Assembly: GCA_004022145.1 (NCBI GenBank) | Contig: RCNU01000001.1 | DNA from: Paecilomyces variotii | Lineage: Eukaryota | Reading direction: 5' to 3' (one strand) | DNA: 64,000 nucleotides | In this document: positions 1 through 14,688 of the stretch, piece by piece | Position numbering within the stretch: position 1 is the stretch's first letter | Layout: every line of letters starts with the position of its first letter | The notes under the pieces: generated by a model | Told to the model about the DNA's origin: nothing | The model's input: only the letters and a program-made list of their open reading frames with translations | Database searches by the model: none | Translations under genes and position numbers: made by a program

Positions 1-1239
1 TATCTATGGTAGAAGCGACTAGATAATTACGTTCTACTGTTTGGGTTGACGTCTATCCCATCCTGTTAACAGCATCAAATCAACTTCGATTCTCTCTACC
101 CGGTCTGAGATGGCGCCATCAGCCACCGTCTCTCCTCCCCTCCCTAGATACTCTAAACCTTACCACAGCCACTGTCTTTTCTATCCCATGAATCAGGGGA
201 CTTCCTTTTCTCTCTCTGTCTCTTTATCAAGTCACATTATCCCCCTTGATCACTCCGGCTCCGATAACACTGAGGTAAAAGAAGCAGTGATATCAAACCA
301 AGAATGATGCCAAAGCACTACTCAAAAGAAAAAAAGAAAAAGAAGAAAAACCCCCCAAGAAATCCAGAGCATGGATAATATCCATAGAAACAACACGATA
401 ACTAGTAGAGTACCCAAGATAATTAACGTCTTGGACGAAAACGCCTCCAAACCAGCTAAACTTTAATAAGAAGCCATTGTTCAGCCAGTGACGTAGGAGG
501 TTGAAGTGAGGATATCAGCTAGTTTACCTAGACGCAAAATCCTTAAAAGAAAGAAAAAACAAATATCACTATCTCTTTTTTCAATTAGAATGAATTGCTC
601 TTTGTTTAATTTGTACAGTATACCATATTTCTCCACCTTGGGCGAAATCTACGTGCGGTACTCAACTTTCTTAAAGCATATAACTACCCCTAGTAGTCTC
701 CAGGGAACGGATAACAAGGAAACATCCGAGAGAGCTAAATAATAAAATGATTAATTATAATTAACCTCTTGTTATTGCATCTGTAGTGAAGTGGGGGTAA
801 AAAGAAACGCACTGACATCTAGCCTTTATAAGATCTTCTAAACTCGACTTCAGAAAGAGGGGTAATAACAATAATACTACCTATAATATAATAATGATTG
901 TGGATCCGGACAAGACTTTAGTTTAATGGTCTAAATTATGATACTACTGCTACTCCTCCTCCTCCTCATTCACACGAACCTTAAAAGCATCATGTACATA
1001 CCTAGGTACATACTGCATACAGGCTAGTGGAGGGGTCTAGGAGGACTCTACTCCGTAAGAAGCACAGAAGTTAAGAATGATATCGGTATGGTCAACGACT
1101 TGGGCTACGGATCACGAAACAGATCGAATTTCTCGGCGTTTTTCTTTTTGTCAACACCGGGTCAGAGCGCTGGATTAAGATACAACATTACACTCTGCCC
1201 TAAACATCAGACCCTTCCCGCCCGGAGTTCAAGTGCTCT

Positions 1240-1240
1240 C

Positions 1241-1271
<31 letters not shown>

Positions 1272-1275
1272 CTCC
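1240..1275 (+). repeat. (CTT)n/(CCT) low-complexity microsatellite
   Basis: cttcttcttcttcctcttcttcttcctctc seen directly. Confidence 0.7.
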
Positions 1276-1534
1276 CAGAATCAAAAGCCAGAGGGAGAAA
1301 GCAACGGAAACGCCATCAGCCCTACCATATGCCAGTCCCGGTAGGTAATGTGAAGAAATATCTCAAAATGTCAAACTCCTGTGGCCATGTGGCTTTCATA
1401 ATATCAGAAATATACAAGCAAACAGCAAAAGTCCAAGGCAGAAAAAGCAGCCAGCTGAGCGCCGTGAATGATCAGAAAAAGTGAAACCCATTTTTACAAG
1501 GAGGCCGAAGGTGACATCACGTTGGAACCCTCTG

Positions 1535-3813
1535 TTACTGACGAGAGACGGTCCAAGATCTGACAACCATGCCACATATCCGCTTGATCACCTGCGTGGT
1601 TCCTTTACCGGCTGCCTCTTGTTCCAAGAATTTCTGCGCGACGAATAGCTTCGCGCCCGCATCCTTCTCATCTGTAGTCGTCGGTTGTGGGACACTGCGA
1701 GGGAAATCGGCCCAGCGCTGCCCAAGATGGCGGGCAATCGCAATCGAGTAAATGACGTCCCGATTCTCGTAAGTGTCGAGAAGCGTCCGGCAGCGCGCCA
1801 AGGTGTCGTCGATCTCCTTCGCGGAGCTGGCCTCGTCATCATGCAAGGTCAGGAAGTGCCCGACCGCGCCCCAGAAATCAACGGCTCTCTGATGGAGCTG
1901 TAGAGCGAGACTGGAGGTATTGGGTGGAGGCTGTTGGACTATGGGCTGTGCCAGGGGGTTGATGTCCAGGTATTCCCCAGTTACCAGTGCCTCGAAGACA
2001 TCCAGTCGCTTGGCAGCAGTGATCAGCTCCGGGTCTTGCGATGCACTTCCGTTCATCCTGTTAGCCAAGTTGCGGCACAGGCACATGGACTGCCAGACAA
2101 CGGAAGCCTCAAAACTCTCCACCCTTGACAGCACGGCTGGATCACCCAGATTTCGATCGTTGAACGCGTCAATGAGAGCAGAATACTCGGCCATCAGTTG
2201 GGCGTTCGTTAGCAACTGAGACAGGGCTTTGTCCTGGAACCAGCGCGTTTCCAGGAACTTGTCGATGGCTGGCGCGTATGTGGCAAGGAACACTGCTTGT
2301 ATCTCGTCCAAACGCGCTTGCTGAATGGGGACAATGGGATGGGGAGGCGGCGGCGGGACACCTCTGAGGGCGAGAAGATCTGTGATCTTAACTTGTTTCG
2401 CTAGGAAGAAAAAAGACCCAGTTAGCAAAAAAAGATCTCCATAGTTTGGGGGATATATAATGCGGTAATGCATCCAGTGCGCGCATGAGGGAATACCAAC
2501 CTTTTAGTGCGGAGCCATCAGAAATGGGAGTAGCACCGACCGAAGAGGAGTTTCCAGCCCCTTGCAGACTGCCTTCCATAGCATGTTGGACGTTTGCCAT
2601 GGCGGACATGGTATTGCTCTCCAGTGCCGGATCGATAGCAGTCGATGATCCGTAGTCGAGCTGTTCCAATGACGGGGTCGGCGAATCTGACTGAAGCGAA
2701 GGAGCAAAAGGCTGCGTTACAGCAGGAACGTATCCAGGTGGTGCACCAGGATATTGTGGCGGTTCCTGAGGAGCGACGACGAGAGATGGAGGGGGGTTCG
2801 GAGCCGGCTGGATGGCAGATGGCGCTGGTTGAGGCCGGAAGACGGGATCATAGCCCAAGCATTCACGCTTGCTTTTGACGCAGTTTCGACAGACCGGATG
2901 TCCCTCGTCGCACTAGAAGGAGAGCAATTGCTGGTCAGCTCCAGATGAACGGGCGATGTTGGGCGCGCAAAGTGAGAAAAATAAATAGCGGGGTCGTGTG
3001 AAGGCGGAGATGGGTATTGGGAAGCTTGGGCGTGTTGTTGCAAGCTAAGCGACTGCTCGCGTGGAACAGCCCGCCTCTCCGCACCCACCAACCGCCCAGT
3101 TTACGGCTTACCTTGATTCTTCGTTTCCTGCAGGTCAGACAGCCCGTCTTTGTCCTGCGCTTTACTTCCTTCTTATGACGGGCACCTGAAAGCATTTTAC
3201 TGGGATCGCCTGGGATCTGGTATCTCATCTGCGCATTCGGCGGAACGCCCATCTGAGGCATTCCCGGCGCATATCCCGGCATATATTGGCCCATGGGTGG
3301 CATGGGAGGCATACTCGAGGGCAGCGGAGAACCGATTGGCGCCTGTGTCGTCTGAGGAGCAGGAGCCGGTTGTGGTGGGAGTTGTTGTTGCCGACCGTCC
3401 ACCGAGTGGATCGAGGGGAGGTTCATAGGTGCGGGCTGCTGGGGAACAGTTCCAGCGGGTGGTGTACTATGATAAATTTCGGTATTTTGCTGGGGCTGTT
3501 GAGGCTGAGGAGCAGGCGATTGTGAGTATGAATATGAGCCATTCGACTGCGGAGTCAACGTATGCGGCAATGTCTGAGGCGTGCTCTGAGGCGCGGCTTG
3601 TGGTGCGGCATGAGATGCAGCCGGCGACTCAGTCTGTGCTGTGTGTTCATTTTCAGATAGCGCTGAAGATGGAGGAGGTGCTGAAGGAGCGTTTGTTGGA
3701 GCCACTGGTGCCTCCGGGGCTGTTGAAGGAGCAGGAGGTGCTTGGGCCTGTGCCTCCGTTCCCTGAGGAACCTCTGCAGCAGTGGGCGGTTGTGTCGACT
3801 CGGCTTCTGACAT
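1535..3813 (-). CDS. Zn2Cys6 (C6 finger) transcription factor, 3 exons (3813-3112, 2912-2501, 2400-1535)
   Basis: Splicing GT-AG introns 3111-2913 and 2500-2401 restores the Zn cluster KTGCLTCRKRRIK|CDEGHPVCRNC; Pro/Gln-rich N-terminus. Confidence 0.9.
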
Positions 3814-5665
3814 GTTCCCTGTCTTGAGGGGGCAATCTATCGTGGAAGACCTAGATGTCTTATGTGTCCGTCAAGGTGAGCTGGTGAAGTCCTCAAGCCT
3901 ATATCGATAGAACCGTCGAGGTGATGGATCCCCGAAAGACACCACTAACTAATAGTATTGACCGGAGTTGACTTTGACGAGAGAGTATATAGCTGGAGGC
4001 CCATGTATGATCCGCGCCTATTCTGATCAAACGAGGTTAGTTCGCTCTTCAAGATAGAAAAAGTGCCCGTGTGATGACAATTGTAAATCTTGATAGAATA
4101 AGAATCGTAATCACGCGTCTTTTCCAGAGGCTGCAGGCGTAAAAGAAGAGCCTCTTAGGCCCTGCGCGGTCGCTGAAGCGGATCCATAGTAGCTCGCAAA
4201 GCCCGTAGCTTCCTCGGTCGAGTTTGCATCGAGGGTTGATACATGTCTACCAACGCACCACCCGCGCCATCCAAGGCCTGAGCTGGCTGCAGAGCCTCTA
4301 GATCCCTTTCTAACAGCGTATTCGGAACAAGATTCAAAACAGGCAGCGAATGCGACCGTCATGGGTCATGATGAGCCGGCATTGAAGACCAGCGCAGCTC
4401 ATCTGGGTCGCAAACCCTTCAACCATCCCAACAACAGACATCCCATAAATGCAGTATAGATCGTCTGGGGAGAAGCGGAAAACATCACGGCGCGAGGGAC
4501 TCGGAATTTGACCGCAAGACAGCGTGTTGGGGCCTTCGATAAGACGAAGCAAAAAGGCGAAGGGGAGACGATGGCAGGAGCCGAGAAAGCGAAGCTCTCG
4601 TTTATTGATCACGTACGTACCTGGGCTAGATAAGCGAAAAGAAGCGAACCGAGTAGCTTAGTCCACCAGAGCTTGTTCTCCTGGAAGCGAGCGGTCTCCG
4701 CATTTAACGGTCAACAATGCTGGCGAACAAAGAGTGCTTGAAGTTGAGCTCCGGAGCAACTTGAAGAAAGTCCGGACCGTGACGATGTGAGAAGCGCGAA
4801 CGGAACAAAAAAGCAGTGGCAATTATAGCCTGCCAAGGGCCGCGCTTCTCTTCCGGCGCAAACTGGCAAAGGACGCAATTTTTTCTTCTTGTACAGCAGC
4901 ATCACAGATCAGAGAAGGATGATTAGCAGAGAATGTGAAGATCAATTCTCTTTGTGGTTCTCTGGTGTAGTAAAGTCAAGTAAATTCAATCAAGATTATT
5001 AACTATCGGTCTTGTTAATTTTACATGTGTATGTAGCAATACAAAGCGCAAGGAGTTAGATTCATCAGAAAATGCAATTGCTCACTGTGTGCAATCTAAT
5101 TTCATTATGCTTATTCTTTAAAGATATCTTCAGCTGTGTCGCTGTATTCTGTGTTACCCTTCACCGTGCAATTTCTCCAGGTTGGAATGGCTAACTTATT
5201 CTACAGTAGGTCCAAAACAACCTCCCCGTGTTTGCTATCCTATGTCTGATAGTATCTTCCGACGATAGTTTCTGGATATCCCCAGAAACTGCTAGTAGAG
5301 GTATACAGTGATCAGGAATCAATCTACATATGATCCTGCTGCGAATTCAACATGGCCACAGCTCTTTCTGAAGCGCAAGGTCGTATCGTGGATCCTGTCA
5401 CAGGCTTTACTTAGCCCAGACCCCTGTCAAGCAGCTTTGCTAGCGCTTATGGTATAATCATCCGTCAAGAAGGGCTGGCTCTGCCAGAGGATGACTTTGT
5501 ATGACCACGGCAAGAAGGGGAATGTCTGCAACCTTTTTCATGATCAGAGTTTTTGTCGGCTTCTAGTGATTAGCTGCTCAACGCGAAAAAGGCGCCTTCG
5601 TTGCGGCGTATTTCCGCAAGAAAAAATCCGAGGTAAAGTATTCAACGAAAAGAAATCAGATCCGC

Positions 5666-6591
5666 TTATTTCTTCGCGAACTTGGGCTTTCGTTTCTTGA
5701 ACACAACACCCGGTGCAGCCTCCTGGGCTTCGCTCCCAGCTTCCGGGATAGATTCTGGGACTCCTTGGAAAGACTCCTCCTTTTTAATCGCAGGAGGCTT
5801 GTCTTCTTCAGCGGGAGCCGGCGGAGGAGGACTGCTCTCCTGCTTGATATATTCGTCCGGCTCTTCTGTCTTCGTTTCCACTTTCACCGCCGGCCCCTTG
5901 CCCTTCAAATTCTTCGTAGACTCCAAAAGCGCATCCAAATCTCCATCATCTTCCGCACCAGGATACTGCCGTGTTGTGGAACCCCAGTTCTTCTTGACGG
6001 CTCTCTGCGCCTCCTCTTCTTCCTCCGCCTCTTGTCCTTCGAGTTTGCGCTTTCGCACTCCAATATTCAGAGATGGGTGTTCTGGCTTCTCCTCATCCTG
6101 CGTATCGATCACCCGCTCAGAAACCGTCTGCCACTCTCCGGCCAAAGCCATCTCACGACGGAACTCATCCGGTATAGCAACGCCCATCTCAGCCAACTGC
6201 GCCATTTGCTTTTTCCTCTCCTCCAACGAGACCGGACGCGAAGACGGCGCAGCTGCCTTCTGGTTACGTTTCCAAGGCGCATCTGACTTGTCCTGTCCGG
6301 AGGAAGAACCCGAGACTAGGCTGGTGAGTCTCTGCACTTCATCTTTCGCCCTTTGCGACTCCCGCTCATGCCGCTCTTGGTTCCTGTGTATGTCTCGTAG
6401 GAACCGTTTGAGATTCGACTGATGCTTCGCAGTGGCTTCATGTTGAGTTTTTTCGAAGGTTGTGTCGCGGATAAAGACCTTGCAGTGCTTGCACCAATAC
6501 CTGGGCTGTCGCAACGGTTAGTTAAGAGGGCTTCTTTTATTGGGGATCCCGACGCGGTCGCACTTACTGCTGACTTCCAATATTCCGCCAT
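5666..6591 (-). CDS. U1-C/matrin-type zinc-finger spliceosomal protein, WBP4/FBP21-like (intron 6567-6506)
   Basis: Spliced N-terminus MAEYWKSA|PRYWCKHCKVFI...HEATAKH; C-terminal FKKRKPK. Confidence 0.85.
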
Positions 6592-7113
6592 CAGTGCGAG
6601 TATCAGGTAGTTCGCACTCAGGCTATCGTATTAACACGTAAAAAGATAACGTTTAGAAGGTGAGATTTCGTTGTCTGGCGCAAAAACAGTCCCACGGTGA
6701 CGTTTGAGAAAGCGCCTGAGATGTCATCGGCATCGGAACTAGCGCGGAGCTAAGCGCCACGAGCAGACATGTAGGAGGTAATTATGGAAGTCCTGAAAAG
6801 CTGGACAATAGCATTTTATAGATTTGGAAGATTTTCTGTAAGTGAGTGTTTTATCTGAGAGCATAGAAGCAGGATTATTATTGCTCAAGGCAATCGTTAT
6901 AACTTTCGTACATATCGACTGCCATCCTCATGTACAATACACGCAGTGTATTTATTCTACAAATATACCAAAAGATCAAAAGAACTATATATCTACAGGG
7001 GCAAAATTCTTAAGTCACATCAGAACATGAGATGAAAAGCGCTGGAGTATCCCTTAACCTCTCCGAAGATTGAACTGGTCATAGACTGTCACAAGCAAGT
7101 TTTCATTTCCTCA

Positions 7114-9151
7114 TCAGGACACCTGCGATAAATCAAGGGGCGAGACACACGTAAAGGCATTCACTTGCGGATTCTGAAACGCTTCAATCATACCCTCAAC
7201 GGCAGCATACATTCCCAATCCGGCCGTCGCCAGCGCACCGCCCCCATACAACACATGGAGAACATTCCAAATCCATGGTCCATTTACCAGGCCTCTCCAC
7301 AAACGCTTTAAACCGGTATCTTGACGAACGACAGTACCGGTGGTTGGGTCAAAACCGTCCCCTTGACTGGTCTTCAGAGCATAGAGTTTCATGTTATAGC
7401 CCAGGGCTAGAATGGGCGGGAAAGAGTATGTGAATTGGACAACGGTCGCCGCAGAGATCACAGAGACGAACCCGAAGTAGTCGGGAATTGCGGCAGCGAC
7501 AACATAAGCAATGGACCACCATATGGGCACAATGATGGCCCAGAGGATCTTACCTCCTTTGTGCGTCAGAGGCGGTGCGCGGAAGAGATCCCTTGGTTTT
7601 AATATCAGATCAAAATCGATATGGTCGGATCAGATGGCCAAAAAAACTTACATAAGAACGTTGTTGTAAAAGACCTTGATCCCAATGTTTCCATACAATC
7701 CTGCAGAGATAAGGCCACTTACACAGGCGAGCATGTCTCCCACAACCTGCCATCCGTAGCGAGAGACCCCTTGATAAGAGACCTGATAGGCATATTGCCC
7801 CTGGAAATGATACACGTAGCAACCGTAGATAAGGTAAACGCTGTATATGAAGAATTGAGCCCCCCACATGGCCTTGAAGAAATCAAATGGGCGTCTCATC
7901 TCGGCCATAAATTCGACGAACAGTTGGGCGCCACCGTAGGCGAAGACTCCCTGCAGAAGCCCATTGAGCGACCCGACGAGACTTTTCGAGTCAGGGAGAC
8001 CACCGTAGTGCCTGACCGGGGGATATATTCCAGTTTTGGGGTCGGGTGTAATGGTTGAGGTGTCGACTGCAGACCCAGCAGAGCCAAGTACAGAGATAGC
8101 ATAATTCGGCGGGCTATGAGCCATAACTCCCATGGTGATGAAAATAACCATGAGATTGAGCCATACTGCCGTATTTGCTAGCCAACCGTAATTGCGAAGG
8201 GTGCGCACTTGACCAATGAGATATCCTACAGCCACAAATACCACGCAGCAGACAGAGTAACACAGACGGAATCTGGACACCTGGGAGATGCCTTGGCCGT
8301 TCTGGATGATGACTTGTCCCAGAACCAGTAATAGAAGGAGTCCCTGCAGGATATTCACGAAATGGCGAGCATAAGGACCGTATATGCGAAATGCTAGATC
8401 CCCGTAGTTTTTGAGAGGAAACTCGTACGAATCCAACCCAAGGAACATTTTCCATAGCAGCCATCCGGAATAACCAGCCATGATACCAAAAACGGTATAA
8501 AGTGCCTGGTACCTTTTGTTAGATCTTACTCAGCGGGAAAAGTGTGGTGATAGTTAACTAGATACCACGCGAGCGGATGCCGACTTACTACACCGGGGCC
8601 CCAGCCCAAGGTGCCGAGTGCGAAGCCAACGCCATACGGTCCCAAAATATCTAATGAAGAAATGGGGGTCAGGTTTCTGCGGAATCTTGCGCGTCATTAG
8701 AATCGGGGGGATGCTCACCAGTCGTGATTAGATACCAGCAAGCTCCCCAGCTAGCTGTCCTCATCATGCGTGAGGCGTTGGTCCATTCTTCGTCCGTGAT
8801 TTCTAGCCGGTTGGCTCTATTGGCCAAGTTGACGTTGAGAACCTTTGACTGCTGTTCACTTTGGGGAGCTGAAACTTCCGGCTCATCTTCTTCGGGCTGA
8901 CCAGCGCCCTTGAACAGCGCTTTCCATATGCTTATCGTTGGACCCGCGGGCGGGGAATCCTTTTCCTCTTCGCGTGTTTTCAATGCATAATAGCGGTACT
9001 CCTCGAAGGTTACTTCTGGATCATGGAGACGTCGATGTTGTGGCTTGATGATCGTGCCTGTGCGTGGAGGACTCTCGTTGGAGTCTTGCTCTGGGCGCTT
9101 TTCGGTATCAGATGCTGACGACGGAGGGAGAGCAGTTTCGTTTAAGGACAT
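7114..9151 (-). CDS. Transmembrane amino-acid transporter (Aa_trans / Mtr-like), 4 exons
   Basis: RTASWGACWYLITT|DILGP; FAYGGAQLFVEFMAEMRRP motif; many hydrophobic segments; introns near 8718-8651, 8588-8506, 7651-7592. Confidence 0.9.
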
Positions 9152-9324
9152 GATCGCATCAATAGGTTAAGATCCAGCTCAATAACCATCGAATCCCCGC
9201 ATACACACAATGAAGAATATAAGATTGTTTCCAGATGGATCCGGATTTGCTGCTAGCGACGACCACTTTTATACGAAATTTCTTTTCCTTTGGGTTTTGT
9301 CTCTATGGGAGGGTCCCACTGAAT

Positions 9325-9750
9325 AATGACTGATAAAGAGAACCACGCCTTGTGGTGTTCCTGGTCACCGAACACAACGGTACGATGTAACTGGCGCTCT
9401 TCGATGGCGTATTATCCCTGGCGCCACCGGCGAGCGGCAGCAGTTTAGGGGGCCAGATAACTAGGTAGGCATCGAGCAACCAATGGAGGTCAATGGGGAC
9501 TCGGATATATGCGGCATCAAAGACTGCTGCTGATCAGCCATCGCTGGTGATAACTAAGCGCTCCAAAGAGAAGGTTCCCATCCAAGCTTCAGCCGAACCG
9601 TTTTTGGACTTAGCGGCCTGACTTCCAAGGCCCGCAATTGCTTGTTTTATGCTTGACTCGACGAGCCTCGACGGCATTGATGTCTACATTTAAAACAGTT
9701 AACACATAACAACAGCACAAAAAGCTTTTAATTTAGTCAAGATAATCCAT
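9325..9750. promoter_or_regulatory. Several HGATAA (AreA-type) sites and a TGACTC (CpcA/Gcn4-type) site upstream of the permease
   Basis: tgataa ~9331, agataa ~9455, tgataa ~9548, agataa ~9740, tgactc 9654-9659; short motifs, function inferred. Confidence 0.35.
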
Positions 9751-10683
9751 CACTATTTTAGAACAACGCGCAGTGCCAGCGCTTCGTTGGAGCCTCAATC
9801 TGGCGGCTAATCCTCCTAGCTGTCTCATTATCCAGCATGTGGTCCATTCAAGCGGCGACGCTGCCCAAGCAACACTAAACTAGTTAATGAAAGGTCTCGA
9901 TTCATGGCACGAGTATTGTAAGTATTAGTGATTAGCATCGATAGAGTGGGTGGCCTAAAGAATAAGATGCCAATGGGCGTCTTACATTAGGCCTATGATA
10001 TTTCGTAGAAGCAAAATTCAAATTAAGGCGTCCAGCAGCTAACAACAGGAAGATACCTAGGTAGCATCGACCAACCAAGACTATTCACCCTGCATGTTTG
10101 TACTGTCATGTCCTGTTTCTGGTATCTATGTGGAACAAAGAAAAAAAAAATTGAATATGGCAAAAGGTAGGTTACATTGTTGTTATTGCTTGCTAAAGTA
10201 TCAAACTGTAGGAATAGATTGATGGGAATAGATAATGGGACAAGAAAGAGATAACGAGACGCTGGGGCTATATCAGCTTTGCATGCCGCACTTCCATTCA
10301 AGGATATGGGGGCCAAACTAGCTAACTCCAATGCCTGGGAGAAGCCTGGGATCTTTCACTAAGCTTCAATAGCTATCAATCATGTCCATCATACCATTTG
10401 CTTACGATAAGGCTGAAACATCACATTGCCACTGCATGTTAAAGCAGTTCGAATATTCTGTCTAGAACCCCTTCCATGAGGTTAGTCTTCCCCCAGAGAG
10501 ACGACGATGGAACTAAACTTACCTGCAAGCAGCCGAGGATCAAGGAAAATTAATGCAAAACAACCAAGAAAAAAAGACAAAGATTTAGTTCGCTATTTTA
10601 ATAGAACTAACCTTTCTATTTGGCACCTTATACATTGGCGGTAGGAATGACATTTATACACCCAACAGTAACTATGCCCTAAC

Positions 10684-12716
10684 TTAAAAGACCTCCACCC
10701 TCACAGTCGCTTCCTTAAGATCATCATTAAACCAGTATCCAACGTGTCTCGTCGAATCTACCAACTCTACCTCCCGTTTGACGAACTTGTTCCCATCTTC
10801 TCTTGTCATGACTCTGTCTGATGCAGCTCCATTTTTGGATATCCTCTGCCCTTCGCTTTCTGCGGCATCTGGTTCATCATCATCGCTGCTATCCCATTCA
10901 TCAAGACCAGTATCTGCTTCGTCCACGGGATCCCATTCCTCTGTCTCCCAGATTAATCGGAAGCCGAGAGGAGTTAGATCGAAGAGCCGCGAAACAATAG
11001 ATTTCACTCTATAGACGTCGAAAGTGCGCGGTATCTCCTGCGTGTGCTCTCTCCTGTTGTTGGTGTCCGGTATATAAAACGTAAATCTGACCAATCTCGC
11101 GGCAACGGAGCGTGGGTTGATGTCTCCCCTGGAGGAGTCCAACGCTCTCCTGATAACTGGTTCTCCGTATAGGTCACACAATTCACCGTACCGAGGATGA
11201 TTCGCCAGGATGCTCTTCTCTGCACTTTCAGGATAGGCCGAGAGCTCCTTTCCAATCAAAGACAGATAGTACAGTTCTCCATTAGTTCGCTCTTGCGGAG
11301 TAATCTTGCTGTAGTTCAGAGATTCGAGGTTCCGTAGACGGGCTACGGTTAGCATGAAAGCTTCTTCAACCGTCATTGATTTCTCAGGCAGATTTGTCAC
11401 ATTGGAGGGTGCCACCGGTTGGTCGTATAGAGGATTATCAGATATCCGTAGAGATTTGAGACCAGGGAAAAGTCTTGGAAGAGCATTGATGAAGCTCCAG
11501 GAATTGATATTGTTGCGAGAGACATCCAGAGATCGGACGGTAGGGGAAAATTGGAATGGTGCATCTTCGCTGGGCGAATCTGAAGGCAAGACACCGCGTA
11601 TGTTATTGCCTCTTAACGAAAGCCGGTCTAGATTAGGGAGCGATGCTAAACTCCGGACCGAATAAAGAGAATCAATCTCATTATTCTCTAGGGTCAGGCT
11701 CTGGATTGTGGGCGAAAACGTTGATGAGATAGATGAGATCTGGTTGCTGGACGCGGATAAAGATGTCAGGGACGGGAATTGATAGCTCAAAAGCGCAATC
11801 TATAACCGAAGTGTCAGAAGAATTCGCCAAATTTATAAAAAACCGAGATAAACGTCGTACCTCGTCCGAAGTCAATAGGGTATCATCTAAATGCAACTCT
11901 AGAATCCGCTCAAATGTCAACTCGTTTTTGATGGCTTCAAACCGATTTCCACTGAACAGGTATTAGCACAATATTTCCGCTTTTGTAAATGGACAGAGAA
12001 ACCCACTTCAACTTCAATAGCTTGATCTTTTTCAATGGCCTGCATATATCTCTCACATCCACCCATCGTTGAAGTAGATTATGACTAAGGTCAAGTTCAA
12101 CAATTCTGGGACATGTCTTCTCAATATCCTCCACTGCTTTTTCCCGCTGCTCAGGAGCAACGTCATTAGCCAGTAATCCAGAAATACGCAGACCATCCAG
12201 GATGATGATCCTGAGCTCCTGCAGCTCAGCGAGCTTCTTTCGGATCTTCTCAAACCCAACCTCCTCCACAACCTTCCCATTGAATCGAATTTGGTCAGGA
12301 AGAGGTACAGCAGTTCCTGCTTCCTCTTTCTGCTTGCTCTGAGCTAGCTCTTCCTCATATTCAGATGCATATTTTTCATGCACGGCTTCGAGGAAACCCC
12401 GGGGCTTCTCCGTGGGCCGGGATGGACGAACAAACGACCCCGCTGTAGGATGATTACTTTTGCCTGCGTATTAAGTATGAGCATCACGCCTAAGAAATAT
12501 AGACGAAAATATTCAGCGGCTAGAGGAGGATATGAATTTATTACATCGGAAATATTTCACTCCCTTATGTTCCCCTGAGTGCTTCCCGCGTGTTGGATCG
12601 TCCCATTCCACTCCAAGCCATTCGCCAGTTGTGCCCTCGACCTTTCCGATATAGCGCACCGTGCACAACGCGCCATCGAACGATAGTCGCTGGCATTCAT
12701 AAAATTCGTGACTCAT
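10684..12716 (-). CDS. TBCE: Tubulin-specific chaperone E (CAP-Gly + LRR + ubiquitin-like), 4 exons
   Basis: CAP-Gly TVRYIG...WLGVEWDDPTRGKHSG; LRRs (LDLSHN, LSLRGN, LDVSRN); C-terminal UBL-like region. Confidence 0.9.
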
Positions 12717-13007
12717 ATCTCGTAGATCTTCGCAAACATGTTTCTAGCATAAGGGATGTTGTCCAGTCTATTGGGGGAAGCCAATAAATACATATCAACC
12801 AGGCTAAGGGCCGCAGTCCAGCCGTGAGATGCGGAAGAGCCAATAGTAAGCGAGAGCGCGGCGATGGTTTCGCTGCTTACATAACAACAGCTCTGCGGAA
12901 CTTCCAGAATCTCTTCGAGAAAGCTGTTTACTGATAACCGCCCAGATCGCGCCACTGTTATCCCTCATTTGCACGAACTATTAGTGCAATAGGGCACATA
13001 TATCAAC

Positions 13008-13775
13008 ATGGATTACCAGGTAAGCTACATATACTCCATAATGCTCTAAATAACCGACTTTCTAACATCATCTTAGAACCGCGCAGGTTCCAAATTCGGT
13101 GGCGGTGGTGTCGCATCGCACTCCGCAACGAACGCCGACCGTCGTGAGCGTCTGCGCAAACTCGCCCTCGAGACGATCGATCTCGATAAAGATCCGTACT
13201 TTTTCAAGAACCACGTTGGAAGCTTCGAGTGTCGTCTCTGTTTGACCGTTCACCAGAACGATGGCTCCTATCTCGCTCACACTCAGGGTCGCAAGCACCA
13301 GACGAACCTGGCGCGTCGTGCGGCAAGAGAGCAGAAGGAGGGGAAGAATCAAGATGCGCTACTCCCCGGAGCGATGGGTGTGCAGGTGAAGAAGCAGACG
13401 CTGAAGATTGGACGACCGGGTTATAAAATCACGAAAATTCGGGATCCGTTGACGAGACAACTGGGATTACTGTTCCAGCTGCAATACGACCAGATCACTC
13501 CTGGAGTGAAGCCGCGAGTACGATTCATGTCAGCATTCGAGCAGAAGGTGGATGAGCCCCCAGACAAGAACTTCCAGTACCTGGTTGTAGCCGCGGAGCC
13601 GTACCAGTCGTGCGGTTTCAAGCTACAGGCGAGAGAAATCGACCGGAGAGAGGGCCGGTATTGGACTTGGTTCGATGAAGATAGCAAGGAGTTCTGGATC
13701 CAGATCATGTTCAAGACCGAACGTGAGGAGAGATTCAGTGGTGTCCCCGGTCTGGCACCGGCAAACACTCAATAG
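13008..13775 (+). CDS. SF3A2: Splicing factor 3A subunit 2 (Prp11/Sap62), intron 13020-13076
   Basis: MDYQ|NRAGSKFGGGG; zinc finger ECRLCLTVHQNDGSYLAHTQGRKH; KIGRPGYK. Confidence 0.95.
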
Positions 13776-14688
13776 TGTTTCCTGCGGCAACGTGTATGTT
13801 TTGTGGAGAAAAGGAAATTGTCTTGGTCGATATCAGAGCAGAGAGTATGTATCTCTAATGGGTTACGGTTGAGGCGTTTTACGGTTGTTGGGATCAAAGT
13901 TTGAATTTCAATGTCAATAGCCCAAAAGGCGTTCTAGCGTCCGCTTCGGACGTGGCATGGTGTATCCAGTGCTTCGTGAGGTGAAGAGATAGTCATTTCT
14001 TGAATCCGAGGGCTAGATCATAGCCTCAGAACATAACTATCCTACTACTCTTAATGTTGATGGAGAGCTCACCTTCTTGCGGGGTCCCCAGGCCCCGAAT
14101 TGGCTTGCTGAGGATGACTCGATATAATCAAAGCTTGTAATGCTACTTCTATACCATGATTTCATGGCTTGCGCAGCGCCGTCTAATGCACGGCCCAGCC
14201 AAATACTCTACTCCACCTTTGTCGACTAGCAAGACGTAGCTCCAGATGATCTCAAATCATTTCTTTCTGAATATCCCTTTTTTGACTTATTTCAAAGATT
14301 TGTCTACATGCAGAGTCTAGGTAGACACAGCCAGCTCATTGTGACATTTTTTCGGCCAAATAGCATTGATATAGGAACAAATCCTCTACGCCACGTCAGA
14401 GACATGCACATGTAAATATAGACCAGAGATATTCGATCCCATTCGCCAACAGGTGGTCTTCAGGTAGTCGTCGCCTCACAATAAAATCACAAATAATGTC
14501 GGAAAAAGAAGAAGCGTAGGTCATCACCACTGGCAAAAGCTTTCGCTGCATGTTGAACGACAAGTAGCCACATAAACGGAGTTAGGATGCAGATGAGCCG
14601 CTGAAAAGACGTTAATGCAAGCCCGCCTGCTGGAGACTTCCCAGCCAGGTTCACCGTCACTCCCAATCTCAGGTGGTCGGCCAGCTCT

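Noticed and set aside
300-1000. AT-rich stretch, possible RIP-degraded repeat
   Set aside because: No transposon-like ORF remnants or terminal repeats recognisable
5267-5290. 9-bp hairpin agtttctgg/ccagaaact
   Set aside because: Isolated and within chance expectation; not a MITE end
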